From Macrostomum lignano (Eukaryota), in the NCBI GenBank assembly GCA_002269645.1, contig NIVC01003416.1, positions 1 through 64,000 on the forward strand: a DNA stretch of 64,000 nucleotides, in the 5' to 3' direction. Every line of letters starts with the position of its first letter. Positions within the stretch are counted from its first letter, which is position 1. This document shows positions 1 to 13,500 of the stretch, piece after piece. A program made the position numbers and the translations under genes. Under the pieces are notes generated by a model, which saw only the letters and a list, made by a program, of their open reading frames with translations, did no database searches and had not been told where the DNA came from.

Positions 1-1599
1 ATTTATTCATAATCATAGTAAGAATAAAAAAGAAAATATAATAATCTGATAATAAATAATATATGTGTCATAATGATATTTCATAAATGGCATAAATTAA
101 TTTGCAAATATATTCATTATCTTAGCTCAATAAATTTCATTTCTATTTTATAGCTATGTGTTAATTTCCTACTGAGAAATTTAATACAATCAAAGCTAGC
201 ACTATCAAATAGCTCGAACCTAAAAATTGAAACTGATTCTTCAATCGTCGTATCATTTTTGCAGAATAAAACTATCAATATATTTCATTTGGCAGAATAA
301 ATTATAAAAGCCATTTGCATTAGCCATTAGATTTAGACTAAGGTCAGGGTTTATCGTTTCACATCTTTAAATTGCTCTGTCATCATGTCACGGAATATTG
401 ACCATATTTGTTGTTTTTTATGGCAGGTAATGCTAAAAAATTAATAATTCTTACACTAAACTTAAAGTAAATGACAACTAAGGCCAAAATGGGTTGCAAT
501 AATTGAGTACGAATGTTTTTACCCTGGTACAACGCACAAAGCAAAAAACATATTAGGAATTCTATTCGACTGATTGAATACAGACTTGCTTCGTCCACAT
601 CACATACCATGGTTCCTAGTTCTAACCCAGACAATAGCTACAACATTATAGACACAGAGAATCGAAATATAAAAATGAAACTAAAAATTGAAGCAATTGT
701 CAGTTCTCATTTTTTAAATGATTGAAAATAAAACGAAGTTGAAATTTTGCTTACTATTTCCGTCGCGCGCCTGCTTTCAGCGAAATAAAACAAATTATAC
801 AAAACTTTGAATTACTAAAGCATCGAAAAATAACGTTTATATAATATGCTTGCTTAAGCTTACGTAATAGGTGATATATTTTACATATCACATAATTCAA
901 TACAGCCTTTCCATTTGTAACGTCTACATTTTTAAAGTATCATTTAAAGACGATTCTAATCGCAGCTGTACTTGCGCTCACAAAGCATCTAATTTTTATG
1001 CGCGAAAAAACAAATGTTGTAGGACTGCTGTTCAATTAAATGATCACAGCCGTTTCATGTGCATTCTGTAGTTAAATTCCAAAGCTGAATTGGATGGTCT
1101 CGAGGCGAGCGAAGCGAAACTTCCATCATTGAAAATGATCGAGGTTCAATAGTAGGTTTTATTTAAGCGCACGACTGACCATAGAAATTAAAGCCAGAAA
1201 AACTAAATATTAAATAGCACTGTAATCACGATATATATTTCTTGTATTATATTATAAATAACTCTAGCCAATACATAAAGGATCACGAGCTGTTTAAGCA
1301 CGCTTTTAGCGCTTAATGCACGCATTATGCATTGAGCTGTCGTGATGTTACATAAACAATGATTTCTGCTGTTCGCCGTAGACATCCTTTTGTCATTTTT
1401 TTGTCCTTTTGCCTTTTAGGGGCAAAGCTAAAAAGCACATAAACAGCGCGAGAACTCTCTTGGAAAGATGCATACATTAGGACATCTTATCGTTGCTGAG
1501 ATTATAGTGTGCACTATCGTTTGGGTCTGCCCAAGCCAACAAGTGGGAAGTAGACCAACCAGTCTACGATCAGGAAGAGGTGTGCTTTGTGCTAAAAAC

Positions 1600-1725
1600 A
1601 CTGCGTGACGTGGGGATTGGCCAGGCCAATCTGCGAAGGTGGCCAAGATCAATGGCATCGGACGCTCGCAGAATGGATCTGGGAAGGCCGCTAGCGAGAA
1701 TCACGTGACTCCTGACTGCGCTGGA
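1600..1725. promoter_or_regulatory. Possible promoter/enhancer motif cluster
   Basis: Local GC-rich island with tgacgtg, attggcc/gccaat CCAAT boxes and tcacgtgac. No linked gene identified. Confidence 0.25.
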
Positions 1726-3666
1726 CCTTCAACAGCTAAGGAACACGCCTAGGAATACGGTGAAGTGTATTACATGTAGTATTACTACCAACGAGGACAG
1801 GATCAAAATTCGAAATCCAGTTCAAGTGATTGCACACTAGATGATGGAGTGACTGAACAGAATTAATTGCCCAGTGTCATCAGTTAAAAATGTTTTTCGA
1901 AATTAAGGCTATAATTGCTGTCAAAGACGACTTTCTTGATTGTTATTTGCATCAATAAGGAAAAATGAACGCAAATATGTTAATACGCTAATGATTTTTG
2001 GTTAAGATTAGCACAGGGCTTGTACCTCAGAATATCACACAGAATGCTCATTCGCGTAAAAACTAAGAGTATCTGGACCAATTAAAACGCCAGGACACTA
2101 CTCTTGGGGTGAAGAAGCAAGTAGTACAAACCATATTACCAGACAATCTAAAAGTAGCTATTTGCTCAATGCTCGTTCGTTCATCGGTTATAGTTCGACA
2201 CTGCTGTGAGTAAAAGTGTGAGTACTTAAGAAAAAAGTCTATGGCACAGCTCCTAGAATTTAAGAGTAGGCTCAATGCGTATCTTCTTTGTCCTGCGATT
2301 TCACGCGGAGAGCAGCGAATGAGCATTCTGTGTGATATCCTGTAGCTTGTACAATTGAAACACATAATAAAAGCATGTTTATTACCAAAAACGCATATGT
2401 AATTGAAATGTGTAAAGTATACACAAGAAGTATTCATCATACATCTATTACGCAATATAGCACTGGGTTCACAATAAAACAAGCACACAGTAAAACGTAC
2501 GACGCACACGCTCGTAGAAACAGTTAAACAAAAACAATTTGAATTTAAAACACAATTTGTTTTAGAGCACTAACAAAACAGAAACTAAAAATGTAACGTA
2601 CTAGAATTTGGTACAATATACAGAACAAATGAGTTTTCAGTCACTGAATGGCTAAAGTCTGCCACTTTAATACAAAAAACGGGAAATCCTGGCGCTTTAA
2701 AAACTGATGCATTGGATACCAAACTACCAAGGTTATTCCAGGGCATGCAAATAGCGTACGCAAGACGCTCAAAATTAACTTAAATATAAAAGTAGTTCAT
2801 AGCCGTCAGCTACTACTAACAAAATGTTTGGTCAGCAATTTAATTGGCAGACAAGCAGACAATTAGCCACATGTAGTCAAGCAGAAAATAAAAAAAAAGA
2901 TCAATTTTTGTTCAAGTTACGAGAAACCGTATTGAATAAACTTTCAGCCAGCGATAGTAAAACAAAAAAATGCAAAACAGAAAAGCAAACACAATACCAT
3001 TGAGAAAAGGGAGCAGTTGAGAGATTTCAAATATTTTCCAGCTTTAAAAGACTGCCAACATGCGATAATTACAGAAGCAATGAAAACCACAAAAAAAGAA
3101 AGTTAGCTTGAAGCTGAGCATAGATTGCTAACTAATAAAAATGGTGAGGACTAAGCGAGCAGGTGTCAGTATTGAAGTGAAATACAAAACAAAACCCATT
3201 GTACACAATAAGCAGTTATTGCTGGTCCGACACACAAAAAAAATTACGTAAACTTTGAGTAAACATGCACTCTATCAGGGTATATATAAAAGTACACTGA
3301 AAACTTTAAGAGGGAAATTTGTCAGCTATTTAATATGAAATAAAGCTGTACACAGCAATTATGATAATTGCACTTCAGTGACAAAAGTAATACACTCAGT
3401 AGATCAGACTGCGTGGACATACAGTAAAACAATATGCATTGTAAAGTAACTCGTTGGTCAAAATATACATTGGTGGTAGCGGTAGGATGGCATTCAATTT
3501 AGCTGACTATAAATTACCAAGCAATCATTTCATTGTCAGCATCCAATCACAGTTTGTGCTAAAGTTCGCAGAGATATATACGTCACTAAAACAGAGCTGG
3601 TCGATGGTTGATAAAAAAAGCCAGAATTTATGATGATGAGATCAATTAAAAACAGAAACTATCTAA

Positions 3667-4099
3667 AATAACTAGATGAGCCACTCAGGCATATATTTAC
3701 TTAGTAAAACAGCTTTCTACTTTCAGTTCAGTAGCAAAGAAGAATACATAAGCTATTTTATAAAAATAAAGGCAGCTGAAATGACTTTGATAAGTTTAGA
3801 AGCCTAAAGGTTGCAGGCGAAAACAACTTGCTAATTGGTTCAGCAGTAATGTACATCCCCCCAGTCCACTGAAATGTACATAGCAGCTGTAGGTTGGAAT
3901 TCCGAGAAAGGCAATAAAAATTGGGCCGGGGCGGGGGTAGTGTGGAAAGGCGCGGTTGGAGGGTTTAAGGCTGGGGGGGGGAGTAAGAGCCAATAAGTGA
4001 ACCTTGGCTTGTAAAATACATTAAAATGCTTCGGTTTAACCTACTACTGAACTGAGAGTAGCTTACACGCAAATTTTCTGGGTGGCCCATCTAGTTATT
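3667..4099. mobile_element. MITE with nested TIR pairs (copy 1)
   Basis: Outer TIR aataactagatg.gccactcag / ctgggtggcccatctagttatt; inner TIR ctactttcagttcagtag / ctactgaactgagagtag. Second copy at 5881-6281. Confidence 0.7.
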
Positions 4100-4412
4100 C
4101 TAGTAATCCGTGAGTCTGTGCCAACGACTCTCAGTAGCTCCTTAGCCGGTATGAGTGGAGTAAGTTTCCGCAGGCCGTAGCTGACTGCACCAACGCAGAA
4201 ATTGCCGTGCACACTGCGGCTTGCAGACAGGCGCCTCCGACCGTTGGCGAATCGAACCACCGGCGCTTTGTCGTCGTCTGTCTCTGCGGTTAAAGCGACG
4301 GCAGAATGCGCCGGCGGGGCCGACGGCGCCGGAATTTGGCGCAGTGGAAAAGACTCGGGCGGAGAGGCGGCGCGAGGCGTCGGCTCGTGCGAGTCGTGCG
4401 ACTGTTGCGTTG

Positions 4413-4547
4413 TTAGGGACCCGTTGCCATGGTGATTGTGATGCCCGGCCCAGCGCCGCCGTTGCCGCGACGCAATGAGAGACTGTTGCTAGGCGAGAAG
4501 TACTTGGCGTGAAAAGAAATCACAGCATAGATGAACTCCATGTCGGC
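4413..4547 (-). CDS. RPTP terminal coding exon as read (stop TAA at 4415-4413; possible frameshift, see findings)
   Basis: Acceptor ctttacag|GCC; [13 protein letters not shown] ends D2. Confidence 0.8.
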   Translation of the reverse strand, partial: ADMEFIYAVISFHAKYFSPSNSLSLRRGNGGAGPGITITMATGP

Positions 4548-7500
4548 CTGTAAAGTCAAGTGAAAATCTACCCTATACTAAAAATGGTTTGTCTATAGGT
4601 ATGTGTGCGTGATCGATTTTCGAAAAAAACTGCTCAACAGATTTGAAGAAGGGAGAAGAGGAGAGAAGGGAGAGAGAGGAGAGAAGGGAGAGCAAAGAGG
4701 AGAGGGGTAGAAGAGAGGAGAGAATGGAGGAGAGGAGAGAAGAGAGAGGATAGAAGGGAGAGGAGAGAAGAGAGAGGATAGAAGGGAGAGGAGAGAAGAG
4801 AGAGGATAGAAGGGAGAGGAGAGAAGGGAGAGGAGAGAGGAGAGAAGGGAGAGGAGAGAGGAGAGGAGAGAAGGGAGAGGAGAGGAGAAAGAAGGGATAT
4901 GAGAAAGGAGAGAAGAGGAGGAGACTAGAGAGAAGAGAGCTGAGAAGAGACACAAACAATGAGCGGGCCGGATTGCTATTGTGCAGTTGCAAAGGACCCG
5001 AGGGCCGGATAGAGAAGCTTGGCAGGGCCGCATGCAGTATGCATCAATTAGCATAAGACTCCAACACGAACGGAATTCTTACCTTGCTATTGAACATTCC
5101 CGGCCGCTGCAGGTGATACAGTTTAAACAGAGAGTACACATCCGCTGTGCCCTCCATAATAAGCTGCCTGTAGAGCACGTACAGCGAGCAAATGATACCG
5201 GCATAGCTGCCACCATACCTGAGAAGAGAATTTTTAGTAGGAGAAAAAAATTAAAAAACCGGGAAATTTACAAGAGCTAATTAAAAGCAAGGAACTGTAA
5301 CTTACATATCCATAACTATAATTGGTGACAAAGTGATAAGACCTCGCGTGTTAGATACGGCCTTGACCAGCTCAATTAGGCTAATCGATTCGCCAAACGT
5401 GTCAGGCCATCGTTTCAGTGTCCACACAGAGGTGAGCACGCTGTAATCGTCCTTGTTGCTAGCCAGCAGGAACTCGCGGCATTCGCCGAACGGGTAGTCC
5501 TGGCGAGATCTGGGTGGGTGTCGCATGTGGGATTAAAGTAATCGGATTTTAAATCGTTATTGACCCCCATTGAAAACGGTACCCAGGCCAATACGCGTCC
5601 CAGAGTCTCCTGCGTCACCCCGGAGTCGCTAAAAAGTCGTCAAAGATTCGCCTTAGAGTCAGTTTGAGGCATTTTGATTGTCTGCAACTCTGAAACGACG
5701 CTGGGGCCGTAGAGTCGTATCTGAGCCGTGCTGGAGTCGCTGCAGAATCGCTGAGTTGCGTCTAAAGCGCATCTGCGTCATTCTGTTTAGTCTGCTTGAG
5801 TTAGTAGACACAGCGACTCATAGATGACTTTACGAGCGTACTCTTTCACGTGATGCGCTCGTTACACCCACAGATTCTAAAATAACTGGATGGGCCACTC
5901 AGGTGTAAAACATCTTTCTACTTTCAGTTCAGTAGCAAAGAAAAATACATAAGCTATTTTATAAAAATAAAGGCAGCTGCAATGATTCTGATAAGTTTAG
6001 AAGCCCAAGCTTGCAGGCGTAAACAACTTGCTAATTGGTTCAGCAATAATGTACATTAGCCAGTCTACTGAAATGTACATGGCAGCTTTAGGCTGGAATT
6101 CCGAGAAAGGCAATAAAAATTGGGGCGGGGGGGGGTAGTCTAGGGTTGGAGGGTTTAAGCTGGGGGTAGTAGCCAATAAATGAGCCTTAGCTTAAAAAAT
6201 TCATTAAAATGCTTCAGTTTAACTTACTACTGAACTGAAAGTAGCTTACACGCAAATGTGCTGAGTGGCCATCTAGTTATTCAAGTATCTGTGGTTACAC
6301 CAAAGTCGCCTCTCCGTCGTGTTGAGACCCCCCCCAGAGAGTCGCTAGAGTCACTAGTGAGTTGTTAGCAATGCGATTCTTATCATGGTAACGTTTTCAA
6401 CGGGCACACCTATGGCTTGGCATATCAATGGAAACCCAGAAAGAATCATTTGTGGCCCCAGCGAAGCTCCCGGACTAACCTGAACCAGACCTGCAGATAG
6501 CCTGCAGTCAGCGCCTCAGACTCATTGGTTGGCCACATCTCTGGCAGGTCGATTCCTTCCTGCTCATTGTTAGCCGTGTCGCCTGCCCCATCTGAGTACA
6601 GGCTGGGATGCACGGACACAATGCACACACAGTTCTGCTCCCAAATCATTCTGTAGAAGTCGAACAGAGTGTCCTTCATTGGCAGTTGGGTGACTATGAA
6701 CTCGTTCACTGATTGGTAGCCCTGGAAATAGTGAGATGTCAGCGCAATATAGGTGAATCGGGTAAAACTCTACATGTTAACGCCTAGAAATAATTAGCGG
6801 GCAGATGTGGATCCGACAGCTCAGCCGCAGCCATTGCGCGGCGCATCTGAAGGCTACGTACGGCTGTTCAGTCCAAGGACTGGGGGGCGGGGGTCGCCAC
6901 ACCCTCAATTACCCCAGCTAATGCTGGCACCCAGTTTACAGCTCAAGGACACTAAGTGTCTTGCTCAAGGACACAAATTGTGTCCGAGTGGGTCGAGAAT
7001 CGAATTCGAACCCCCGACCTATCAGTCGCGAGTCCGACGCTCTGACCACTAGGCTGCAACCCCCTTGGCGCCTTGTTACAATCAATATCGCTACATATAG
7101 GTATCATCAATGATACTCGTACGTACGTGAACGTGAGACGCGTTGATGTAATCCGATCCATCAACTCCTGGCTTGCAGGTCAGCTTGACTCGACGAGATT
7201 CAACTGCGGACAAATGGATAGACAGGTTAGACTGGTCCGGTGCAGTGTGAGCTTATAAGTTGACCTATCATCTAAGGACTAAACTGTAAGAGGCATTGCT
7301 GCCCATAATGGCCCATTCCGCCGACTCCCCTGAGCAGTCACACAGGAGTGTACAGCAGCCCTAACTTTATTTATCTTAAGGCATGTACACTTCACTCAAT
7401 GGCGTTAATTGCACGAGCAGAGCCAAGCCGAGATTCCAATTTAGCCAGAAAATTAATGCGACTGCGCTTGGAATCGAGCCTGGGGCGCTGGCACACCAGA

Positions 7501-10500
7501 ACGCCACTGGGCTAAGCCGCCCCCCCCCCACTTACTGGGATACACATCCGCCCGGTTCTTGGCATAGTTGCACGCCTTCAGCGCCGACGCCAACTCGTAA
7601 TCAGCCGGTTGATGCGCAACGCAAAGCTGCAAATTTTTTGCAAAGATGTTTTAAATTAATTTTCACTAACAGAATGCCACGATTTTGACGATGCAAAATC
7701 TTCTCAAGTCTGACTCAGGCGCCTATTTGGACCCTCAGCGTCTTTATAAAAGGCATTGCGATATTCCAGATGAAAACGGTACCCAGGCCAAGAAGTGTGT
7801 GTCCCTGGAGTCACCTGTGTCGCCCCAGAGTGGTTGCAGGTAAAACAGGTAAAATAGACAAGAAGTGACCCCAGACGACTCTAAAACGACAATATTTCAC
7901 GGCACAAGTTGCCAAAAAAGTCGTCAAAGAGTTGCCTAAAAGACAATTTGAACGTATAACGACTCTAGGGCTGTAGAGTCGGATTTGAAACGTGCTTAGA
8001 GACACATCTCAAGCGAAATTTTAGCACCAACACAAAATATTATTAAGACGACTCTTTGGCGACTCTATTACGATTGTACAACTCACTGATCGTGACTCAA
8101 CAGTCGCCTCTCCGTCACATTGCAGTCGTTTGAGTCGTTAAAAACTCACAAGAGTCGCAAGAGTCACTAGTGAGTTGTTTGCAATGACTTTTTAGCGACT
8201 CTTGTCACGGTACCGTTTTTAACCGGATTACTGTTTAAACTACTATCAATAAAAACAATTCTCAGGCCTCGGTCTCGCACCTGGTATTGAGTCTCCAATC
8301 CCGTGCAGCCGCACGGCTCAGTCTCCTCCATCAGGTTGCTAAAATAATCCGGCAACCGTTCCATGGGGATCTCCCGTTCAGGGCAGAGCAGGAACTCCAG
8401 CAGTACGTCGTGAATGAAGATGTACTGCTCCTCAGTTTGCACCAGGCGCATTCGCTGCTGCCGGATGTGCTCAAGGAAGCCGCGCACGTTAATGGTTTTC
8501 TCGCATAGGATTTGGCGAATCTGCGACTCGATGCAGATGAAGGTGCCAGTGCGGCCAACCCCGGCGCTGAGGGTAGGCAAAGTAACAAAATGAAAATAAC
8601 CGTGTGAGAATTGGCTTCAGACTCGATATAAATTTATAGATACTAAATTTAGGCTGGGTTCTAAATACACTTCTATATATACTTTATACAATTCCTGTAA
8701 GTAACTTCTGGTAAAAAATCGAGCCATTTCCGGATGAAATCCAGCTACTTCCGGTTAAAATCCAGCTACTTCCGGTTCAAATCCAGCTACTTCTGGTTAA
8801 AATCGAGCTACTTCCGGGAAAAATCCAGCTACTTCCGGTTCAAATCCAGCTACTTCTGGTTAAAATCGAGCTACTTCCAGTTTAAACCCAGCTCCTTTCG
8901 TTCAAAATCCAGCTACTGCCGGTTAAAATCCAGCTACTTCCGGTTAAAATCCAGCTCCTTTCATTTAAAATCCAGCTACTTCCGGTTCAAATCCAGCTCC
9001 TTTCGTTCAAAATCCAGCTACTGCCGGTTAAAATCCAGCTACTTCCGGTTCAAATCCAGCTCCTTTCATTTAAAATCCAGCTACTTCCGGTTCAAATCCA
9101 GCTCCTTTCTTTTAAATCCAGCTACTGCCGGTTAAAATCCAGCTCCTTTTATTTAAAATCCAGCTACTTCCAGTTAAAACCCAGCTAATTCCGGTTCAAA
9201 TCCAGCTCCTTTCGTTTAAAATCCAGCTACTGCCGGTTAAAATTCAGCTACTTCCGGTTCAAATCCAGCTCCTTTCATTTAAAATCCAGCTACTTCCGGT
9301 TCAAATCCAGCTCCTTTCGTTTAAAATCCAGCTACTGCCGGTTAAAATCCAGCTACTTCCGGTTCAAATCAAGCTCCTTTTATTTAAAATCCAGCTACTT
9401 CCAGTTAAAACCCAGCTACTTCCGGTTCAAACCCAGCTCCTTTCGTTTAAAATCCAGCTACTTCCGGTTAAAATCCAGCTACTTTTGGTTAAAATACAGC
9501 TACTTCCGGTTAAAATCCAGCTACTTTTGGTTAAAATCCAGCTACTGCCGGTTAAAATCCAGCTACTTCCGGTTCAAATCCAGCTCCTTTCATTTAAAAT
9601 CCAGCTACTTCCGGTTAAAATCCAGCTACTTCCGGTTAAAATCCAGCTACTTCCGGTTAAAATCCAGCTACTGCCAGTTAAAATCCAGCTACTTCCTGTC
9701 AAAATTTAACCACTTCCGATGAAAATCCTGCCCCTTCCGGTTAACATCCAGCCGCTTTCGGTTAAAATCCTGCTACTTCCGATGATAATTCAGCTCTTTC
9801 CTATAATAATCTCAGACTCAGGTTAAAATTTAGCTACTTCGGGGTTAATAACTTCCTCTTCCTCTCTATCTATATATACTAAAGTTGACGTGTTGTTTGT
9901 CTGTCTGTCTGTGTGTGTGTGTGTGTGTGTCATTTCGACAACTCCTCCTTGAATAGTGGCAACTCAGCGTTGAAACTTATATGGGAAGATTGGAAATTAT
10001 CCGAGGTCGGCTATAGGCTATTTTAATTCTGAAATTTTAATTTCTAAGATCCTCAAAAAAGCAGAAAACTTGAATCTTGACCTTTGATAATCTTAATTGT
10101 CCCCTCTTTCTGCTTGGAGCTGAAAAAATGCATGAATTTTTAGTGATTGCGCCACAACTTTTCCCTATCTCTGTAGTGTATTTTCTTTCCAGTGGGGGGT
10201 GGGAGCGTTCTCAGTGGCTGCGTGTGTACACTTGGACCCTGGCTCACTGGCTGACTTTATAGATAATTGCGCAATGATATGGCTACTGATAAGTTTTCCT
10301 GCCTTTCAATGGGCAGTCCTGTGTATTTGTTGGACATTGAAATTCAATGCATCAACTTGCAAGCAGGCAGTGAACGTACACTCGATACTTCAATGCTATA
10401 AATCAGACAGTTTCAAACGCTAACTGTTCCTCGAGTTTTAAACTTTGAGAGGAGAAACTTATATTGCTGGCAAGATCTTGCCACGCAGAGTTCGGGGATG

Positions 10501-13500
10501 TAAGTTGTTTGCTTTAAATATGAAAAGAAAAAGCACAGCATTTGAAAAACTATTTCCATACTTTTAACTTTCTGCAAAGATTGTACTTTAATCTGCAAAG
10601 ATTGTTGGGGGGAGGGTTCAACTTCTCACTGCTGCTGTGTATTGGAGGGTTGATTTAGATTGCGCAATGTTTTTGTTAACTTTACCTGAGGCTGATACTG
10701 ACTGACTGTGAAATCGGTTGCGCAATGAATTGATTCAATTAGTTCAATATTTTTATCTGTGCCTTTTAACACGAAGCTGTGCGTAGTTCTAACCCTAACC
10801 CTAACCCTAACCCTAACCCTAATGAATCTGGCGAGTTGAGTTGTTTGACGGAAAAAATTCGATTAAGTCAAGTTTAGCGGAGACGATTTCAATGTTTTAA
10901 TTTTGACGGAGAAGATTTCTGTTTCGTGGAGAGGATTTCGATGATGTTCAGTTTCACGAAAGGATTTCCATGGTGTTCAGTTTCACGGAGAGGATTTCGA
11001 TCATGTTCAGCTTCACGGAGAGGCTTTCTGTTTCGCGGAGATAATTTATGATTGATTTCTGTTTTATGGAAACAATTTTGATGGATTTAAGTTTCAAGGA
11101 GAGGATTTCGAAGGAGTCCAGTTTCACGGAGAGGATTTCGATGGTTTTTAGTTGCACAGACAGGATTTTTGCTTCGCGGAGAGGATCTTGATGGATTTGG
11201 CATCTTCAATCAGTCAGAGAAGAGAGTAAAGAGAAGACTGAAAAGAGAAGAGAGAAGAGATGATAGAAAACAGAGTATAATTGAGTGGAGAGATTAGACA
11301 TGACAGATTGGAGATGATAGGAGAGAGAATAGATGAGGGATAAGAGCGTACAGAGGCAATAGAAGAGAGGGGAGAGTAGAGGAGAAAGAAAGAGTGAGAT
11401 GAGGAGATGAGGAATGAGAGAGGAGGGGAGAGAGGAGACAGGAGAGAGTACAGACGAAAGACTAGGGAGAAGATATAAATAAGGTAGTAAAGATGAGAGG
11501 AGAGAGAGGAGAGAGAAGCGAAAAGAGAAGAGAGTGAGGAGAGAGGAGAGATATGAAAGGAGCAAGGAAAGGAGAAAAGAGAGAATGGAGAGAATAGAAA
11601 AGAGAGAAGAGAAGAGACAGGGGATAGTGAAAAGGAGGAAGAAAGATGGGAGACAAGAAAGTAGTGTCAGAGCGTATATGAAATATGAGAAATGAGAGCA
11701 GAGAGAAGAGAAAAGAGAAGAGAGAGAGAGGGTTAAGAGAGACGATAGATAAGTGAGTAGAGATGACATATGAGAGAGGAGAGAAGAGGGAGAGATAAGA
11801 GTGAAGAGAGGAGACAGAAGACAGGAGAAGGTACAGACGAAAGACGAGGGAGAAGAGATAAATAAGGGAGCAGGGGTAGAGATGAGATGAGAGAGAGGAG
11901 AGAGGAGATATGAGAGACTTGAGAGTCTTTGAGCTATGGTCTTTGAAAGATTTTGTAAAGAATTTGGAGACGATTTGGAAGATAGGGTTAAAGATATGGA
12001 ATTTCAGTTGATGGATATTTCAGGGAATAGAATTCCGGTGATGGGAGTTCTTCCCCTTTCTCCTCCGAAGGAGGAGTTCCACTCGTTAATACTAAAGTTG
12101 GTGCGTTGTTTGTCTGTTTGTGTGATACACATCTCCTCCTAGACGACTTGCAAGTCAGCGTTGAAACTTATATGGGAAAACTGCAAATTTTCCGAGGATG
12201 GCAGTGGGCTATTTCAATTTTTTATTTTCACGTCTTAAGATCCCTAAAAAAGCAGAAGTAGTAAAACAATAGGGGAATATGAACATCTTGCGTAATTTAC
12301 AATTATTGCGCCACAACAGCCGGCCTATCTGTGCAGTGTATTCTTTCAACTGAAGGGGTGTAAGCTGGGCCGGTTGACATCAATTTTTAGCGATTGCGCC
12401 ACAACTGTGTGCACTGAGAACTTAACCAAACCCCCTGTGTTGAGGGTGCTGGGGCGGCAGTGGAATTTAATGAATAAACTTGCAAGCCTTTTTAGCAGGC
12501 AGTGCACGTATGCGTACACTCGATAGTTCAATGCTTTAAATTTGGATATTTCAAACGCCAACTGTTCCTCGAGTTTTGAACTCTGAGAGAAGAGACTTAT
12601 ATTGCTGGAAAGATCTTTCAATGCTGACTTCGAGGATATAAGTTGTTTGCTTTAAATATGAAAGCAAAAAGCAAAGCAAAAGCAAAGACGATATTTCAAT
12701 ACTTTTAACTCTCTGCAAAGATTGTACTCTTTTTACGGGTTCAATGGGGGTTCGACCGACACCCCAACAGTTAGGGGGGGGGGGGTTGAATTTCTAACCT
12801 TCACTGCGTATTGGAAGGGGTCGGTCGCTGTGTATTGGAGGGTTGATTTAGATTGCGCAATTTTTTTTTCCTAATTTTACCGAGACTGATACTGAATGAC
12901 TATGAAATTGGTTGCGCATTCAACTGATTCAATTGGTTCAATTTTTTATCGGCGCCTTTCAACACGCTGCTGTGTGTAGCTCTAACCCTAACCCTAACCC
13001 TAACCCTAACCATTGAATCCTGGGAGTTTATTCCCTTTGACGGAGAAAATTTCGATTGAGTCCAGTTTCACGGAGAGAATTTCAATGGTTTTCAGTTTCT
13101 TGGAGAGGATTTCTGTCTTGCGGAGAGGATTTCGATGGTTTTCAGTTTCACGGAGAGGATTTCTGTTTCGTGGAGAGAATTTTGATGTATTTCTGTTTTA
13201 CGGAGACAATTTTGATGGATTTTAGTTTCACGCAGAGGATTTCCTTGGAGTTCAGTTTCCCGGAGAGGATTTCTGTTTCGCGGAGAGGATTTCGATGGTG
13301 TTCATTTTGCGGTGAGGAGTTGGATGATGGGATTCAGTTGGTGGATTTCAGGGAATGGAATTCCGGTGATGGGAGTTCTTCCCCTTTCTCCTCCAGCGGA
13401 GGATTTGGCCTCGTATATACTAAAAATGAGTTGTCTGTCGGTATGCGATAGATTTCAGAAAAATTGGCTCAACCGATTTTCTTCAAACTTGCACCATTTG

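Larger units (their letters stand above)
9869..12085 (+). mobile_element. Non-autonomous Helitron-like element A1
   Basis: 5' A|TCTATATATACTAAAG followed by (GTCT)n/(GT)n. Internal (CTAACC)5, a ~30-bp array and a GA tract. 3' hairpin ctcctcc-gaa-ggaggag (12060-12076) then CTCG|T. Confidence 0.65.

Noticed and set aside
383-1658. Short ORFs and a possible plus-strand terminal exon at about 1073-1150 (LNSKAELDGLEASEAKLPSLKMIEVQ*)
   Set aside because: No recognisable domain, AT-rich context, and no in-phase upstream exon could be linked.
4573-5054. Leu/Ser/Pro-rich ORFs (also 11206-11769 and 58033-58508)
   Set aside because: Translations of GA/CT low-complexity tracts.
10789-10822. Chromosome end or fusion site
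   Set aside because: Only five units, single orientation, embedded at an equivalent position in two repeat copies.
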